NCBI GenBank assembly: GCA_965206595.1
Contig: OZ242214.1
Coordinates: forward strand, 2,144,001-2,208,000
From: Candidatus Latescibacterota bacterium
Lineage (GTDB): Bacteria; Latescibacterota; UBA2968; UBA8231
Reading direction: 5' to 3'
DNA: 64,000 nt
Positions 60,683-64,000 of the stretch are shown in pieces (positions within the stretch are counted from its first letter, which is position 1; each line of letters begins with the position of its first letter). The notes beneath the pieces are model-generated. The model did no database searches. It was not told where the DNA came from and worked only from the letters and a program-made list of their open reading frames with translations. The translations under genes and the position numbers were made by a program.

Positions 60683-61311
60683 ATTCGCCGAAGGACCGGA
60701 GCAGTAAGCGGTCGAAAAGAGAAGGTCCGGGAGAAACGCGAACCGCGGCTGAGGCGAGGCCCGCAGGCAAGTACCACATTCCGTACGAGCACTGGGCCGA
60801 CGCCTGCGAGACGCCGATCCGTGCCCTGTCGCGGCCCATGTCGCGGGACGATCCGGCCCGGATCGAAGCGGATGCCGACGGGATTGCCGCGGCCCTGGCA
60901 AGGGTCCGGGCCCGTTCCCCCATGCCGATCATCGAGCATGTCGCCGACCTGGGTGATGTTTTCCTGGCCGCTGTGATCCGCCACCAGGCCGTGGATATCG
61001 TCAACGTCGTGCCCTGCCAGGCCGGGGGACTGGGCCGCGCCAAGCGGCTGATCCACGCCGCCGAAACCGCGGGAATGCCCGCCCTGTTGGGAAGCACCGT
61101 CGAACTGGGGCCCGGCACCGCGGCGTCCGTGCATCTCGCCGTGGCGTCGGCAAGCGTCTGCATACCCTCGGATCTGGTCGGCCCCGGGCTGCTTCAGGGG
61201 GATGTATGCACAACGCCCTTTTCCCTCTCCGGAGGTGAGCTCGCCCCTTTCGAGGGTCCCGGTCTCGGCATCGACCTGGACGAGGAAAAGATGGAGCGGT
61301 GGAAGGGTTAG
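60679..61311 (+). pseudogene. Internally deleted enolase-superfamily (muconate cycloisomerase-like) gene
   Basis: Only the barrel C-terminus is recognisable (GGLGRAKR, GSTVELGPGTAA, GPGLGIDLDEE). It is about half the normal length and lacks the capping domain. Confidence 0.65.
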
Positions 61312-61351
61312 ATGTCCGGATATGGATTCTGCGCACCGCGGACGAACCGAG

Positions 61352-62209
61352 TCATGGGGTGCGTTCTGCGGCCTCAGTCTGCCCGGCCGCCTCCAGGCTG
61401 GCCCGCACCCGGTCGATGGAAAGGTCCTGCCGCTGCCGGTCGAGAAACAGGCTCACCTGGCTGTATCCGGATTCCTGGAGCATATCGAGGGCGTCGACAA
61501 ACCCGTCGGCGACCCGATCGGGAACATGGGCGTCCGCGCCGATGACCACCGGAATGCGTCGCCCGGCCATTTCCTCCAGCATGGCGGGTCCCGGGTTCAT
61601 CTCGGCATATGCCTTGTTGCGTCCCGAGGTATTCAGTTCCATGGCCACGCCGGTTGCGGCGATGCGGTCGAGACAGGGGAGGATATGGCCCATGGCCCGT
61701 TCCGGGTGCCAGTCCGGCGGCGAGAAGTTCTTGACCAGGTCGGGATGGGCGATGGTGTCGAACAGGCCGGTCTCCGCGGCCAGGGCCAGATGCTCGAAGT
61801 AGGTGCCGAAATAGGCGTCCACATCCCCCCGGTAGAAACGGTCTATGTACTGGGGAAGATTGGGGTGGACGGAACCGAGCACATGGTGGAATTCCGCCAT
61901 GCCGTGCAGCTTCTCCAGCCACGGCTCCATGCCGGGCACGTAATCGCTCTCGAGGCCGAGGCGGACGTCGACCCGGCCGTCCCAAGCCTTGCGGGCGCGC
62001 TCGACCATGGCCACGTAGTCCCCCAGTTCCTCCACGCCCATCCGCGCCCCGGGGGACCAGCCGTCGTTCGTGGGGTTGTGGTCGGTGACCACGATGCCCT
62101 TCAGGCCCCGCTGCAGGGCCGCTTCGGCATACTCCTCCGGCTCGCCGCGCGCGTGTTTGCAGAGCGGGGTGTGCATGTGCATTTCGTACAGCATCGGTTC
62201 AAAAGGCAT
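61352..62209 (-). CDS. Histidinol-phosphatase HisJ-family PHP protein
   Basis: HMHTPLCKHA, TDH, GSVH, AHPDL, ELNTSG and GADAH. Confidence 0.88.
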   Translation of the reverse strand: MPFEPMLYEMHMHTPLCKHARGEPEEYAEAALQRGLKGIVVTDHNPTNDGWSPGARMGVEELGDYVAMVERARKAWDGRVDVRLGLESDYVPGMEPWLEKLHGMAEFHHVLGSVHPNLPQYIDRFYRGDVDAYFGTYFEHLALAAETGLFDTIAHPDLVKNFSPPDWHPERAMGHILPCLDRIAATGVAMELNTSGRNKAYAEMNPGPAMLEEMAGRRIPVVIGADAHVPDRVADGFVDALDMLQESGYSQVSLFLDRQRQDLSIDRVRASLEAAGQTEAAERTP

Positions 62210-62271
62210 GGGTTATCATCCATTGGTTTTCAAGGCTGGAAACGGGGTTTCAACACATATAGGGATAACAA

Positions 62272-62997
62272 ATGGTCGCAAATGTTGCCCACCGGGGCGC
62301 TTCGGGAAGCTACCCCGAAAACACGTTGACCGCCTTTCAGAAGGCGTTGGAAATCGGTGTCGACGAGATCGAGCTCGACCTTCACTCTACCAGGGACGGC
62401 CGCCTGGTCGTCATGCACGATGCTGCCGTGGACCGAACAACCGACGGCACAGGGGCGATTGGAGAGCTCACCCTGGCTGAAATCAAGGCCCTTGATGCCG
62501 GGGGTGGGTTCGCCGAACAGTTCCGGGGCGAGCGTGTGCCGACGTGGGAGGAAGCGTTGGACCTCGTGCAGGGAAAGGTCGAGCTCAATGTCCACCTGAA
62601 AGAGGGGGGCGCCCCCGACGGAAACTATGAACGAAAAGTTGCAAAGGCATTGCAGGACTTCCGGATGGTGGACGATTCCATTCTGGCCTGCAGCGATGGA
62701 AGCGTCCGGATTTTTTCCGGAATCGACTCGCGGATCGAGTGCCGGATCTTTCGCGCCCAGCGCACGCCGGAGGAATACATCCGGAAATCGGTGGAGATGG
62801 GGCTCCGGACGATGCAGCCGGGGCGGGACATTACGACTCCGGATTTTGTCCGCAAGGCCCACGCGGCAGGCCGAATCGTGCACGTCTTCCATGCGGATAC
62901 CCCTGAAGACATGCGGGCTTTCATCGAAATCGGCGTTGACGGAATTCTGACGAACTACCCGGAACGACTGAAAGCCGTTCTCGCAGAAACCGGGTAG
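62272..62997 (+). CDS. Glycerophosphodiester phosphodiesterase family protein
   Basis: AHRGAS..YPENT, ELDL, HD..VDRTT and GVDGILTNYP. Confidence 0.92.
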   Translation: MVANVAHRGASGSYPENTLTAFQKALEIGVDEIELDLHSTRDGRLVVMHDAAVDRTTDGTGAIGELTLAEIKALDAGGGFAEQFRGERVPTWEEALDLVQGKVELNVHLKEGGAPDGNYERKVAKALQDFRMVDDSILACSDGSVRIFSGIDSRIECRIFRAQRTPEEYIRKSVEMGLRTMQPGRDITTPDFVRKAHAAGRIVHVFHADTPEDMRAFIEIGVDGILTNYPERLKAVLAETG

Positions 62998-63008
62998 CAG
63001 AGAGTCGT

Positions 63009-63788
63009 TCAGGCCGGCAGGCCCATGAGGTAGTTCCAGTTCCGGCGGCGGATGGCGCGCTCCTTGTAGTGGTCGCTCTGGGAGACGCCCAGCGGGTTGG
63101 CGAAGCCGAGGATGTTGTTGACGTCCTCGGACCGGCCGCGCTCGTTCCAGTCGGCAGGCTTGTCGACCGCCTCAGGGTCGTGATTCCAGGTGGGCGCGGT
63201 GTTGTCCCGGGTGCGGCGGAAGAGGAACTTGATCATGTGCCGCTTGTGCGGCGAGCGGTTGGCGGCCGTGCCGTGCCAGAGGTCGTAATGGGTGAAGGCC
63301 ACGGTGCCGGCCCTGACCACGAGCGGCACCTGGCCGCGGATGTTGGTGTACGTTGCCATGCGGTCCGTCGGGGCGTTGCGGAACTGGGAGCCGGGGACGA
63401 TGATCGTCGGCCCCATGTCCGGGGTGACGTCGGTCGGGTAGTACAGCCCGAGGAAGCGGTTGAGCAGGACGTCGCGGTTGTTGAGGCCGTCCTGGTGCCA
63501 GTTCATGTGCGGGGAGTTCGGCTGCTTGCAGTGCCAGTGGCGATGCGGCTGCACCTCGTAGTCCTGCCCGAGCAGGCTTACCAGCGCCCCTTTGACGGCC
63601 GGATGATCGAGCACTTGCCAGAGCTCGGGCACGGCTTCGGTGATGGCGTCGCCGGGGTTGCAGTCCAGAGCGTCGAGCCGGGCGGCGATCGACCCGTTGA
63701 GCCCCTCGGGAAATTGCGGCTCGACCAGGTGGTAGCCGGAGACGAGGAAACGGGCCACCTCGGCGTCGCTGAGCAGATGCTCACTCAT
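63009..63788 (-). CDS. Phytanoyl-CoA dioxygenase (PhyH) family protein
   Basis: WHQD, GPTIIVPGSQ and LWH facial triad. Confidence 0.87.
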   Translation of the reverse strand: MSEHLLSDAEVARFLVSGYHLVEPQFPEGLNGSIAARLDALDCNPGDAITEAVPELWQVLDHPAVKGALVSLLGQDYEVQPHRHWHCKQPNSPHMNWHQDGLNNRDVLLNRFLGLYYPTDVTPDMGPTIIVPGSQFRNAPTDRMATYTNIRGQVPLVVRAGTVAFTHYDLWHGTAANRSPHKRHMIKFLFRRTRDNTAPTWNHDPEAVDKPADWNERGRSEDVNNILGFANPLGVSQSDHYKERAIRRRNWNYLMGLPA

Positions 63789-64000
63789 CGGCGACAACCT
63801 CCATTTTCTGCAGGATGAATTCATAGCCTATCACGTCCAGCTCCCTGTCGTCGAACGGGGCCTGCAGATGGGGAAACTGGACGATCTGCCAGCCGTCGAC
63901 CACGGCGTCGTGCACGGTTGCGTAGGGCCAGTCGGGTGCCGATTCGGCCCGGATTTCGGGCGCGAAACCCGCGACCGGCTCGATGAGCGTCAGGCCGATG
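63781..64000 (-). CDS. Small hypothetical protein overlapping the PhyH start; 5' end outside the window
   Basis: Manual translation ...PDWPYATVHDAVVDGWQIVQFPHLQAPFDDRELDVIGYEFILQKMEVVADE*, with GC-rich third codon positions. Confidence 0.7.
   Translation of the reverse strand, partial: IGLTLIEPVAGFAPEIRAESAPDWPYATVHDAVVDGWQIVQFPHLQAPFDDRELDVIGYEFILQKMEVVADE

Overview
High-GC bacterial chromosome segment with about 50 genes and no rRNA, tRNA or convincing CRISPR array. The content is mostly catabolic and transport genes: a DAACS symporter, ABC transporters, three enolase-superfamily genes, a sulfatase, GH32, amidohydrolases, an aldo/keto reductase, a Gfo/Idh/MocA oxidoreductase and a PhyH dioxygenase. 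There are also secreted proteins with FlgD-like or SWxRIKA C-termini, eukaryotic-like repeat proteins (ankyrin, LRR, YWTD), a VapBC pair, nuclease-fold proteins and many gene remnants. This repertoire suggests, by inference only, a sponge-type symbiont such as Ca. Latescibacterota. The best-resolved structure is a 1999-bp IS (22231-24229; 27-bp imperfect TIRs; AAGGAT target duplication) that splits a ~1075-aa YWTD-LRR-EF-hand-FlgD gene. Its transposase carries an in-frame 17-bp palindromic micro-insertion flanked by 4-bp direct repeats. The leading candidates for undescribed biology are: a shared C-terminal AVESxSWxRIKA motif on secreted proteins (possible sorting signal); a cassette-turnover hotspot at the 3' end of an LLM gene; an HsdR_N nuclease fused to a possibly SeqA-like domain; a MetE-like/cytidylyltransferase pair; and a small PhyH partner protein. 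Four frameshifts are single extra bases in homopolymers and may be sequencing errors. All family assignments come from motif recognition by eye, not from database searches.
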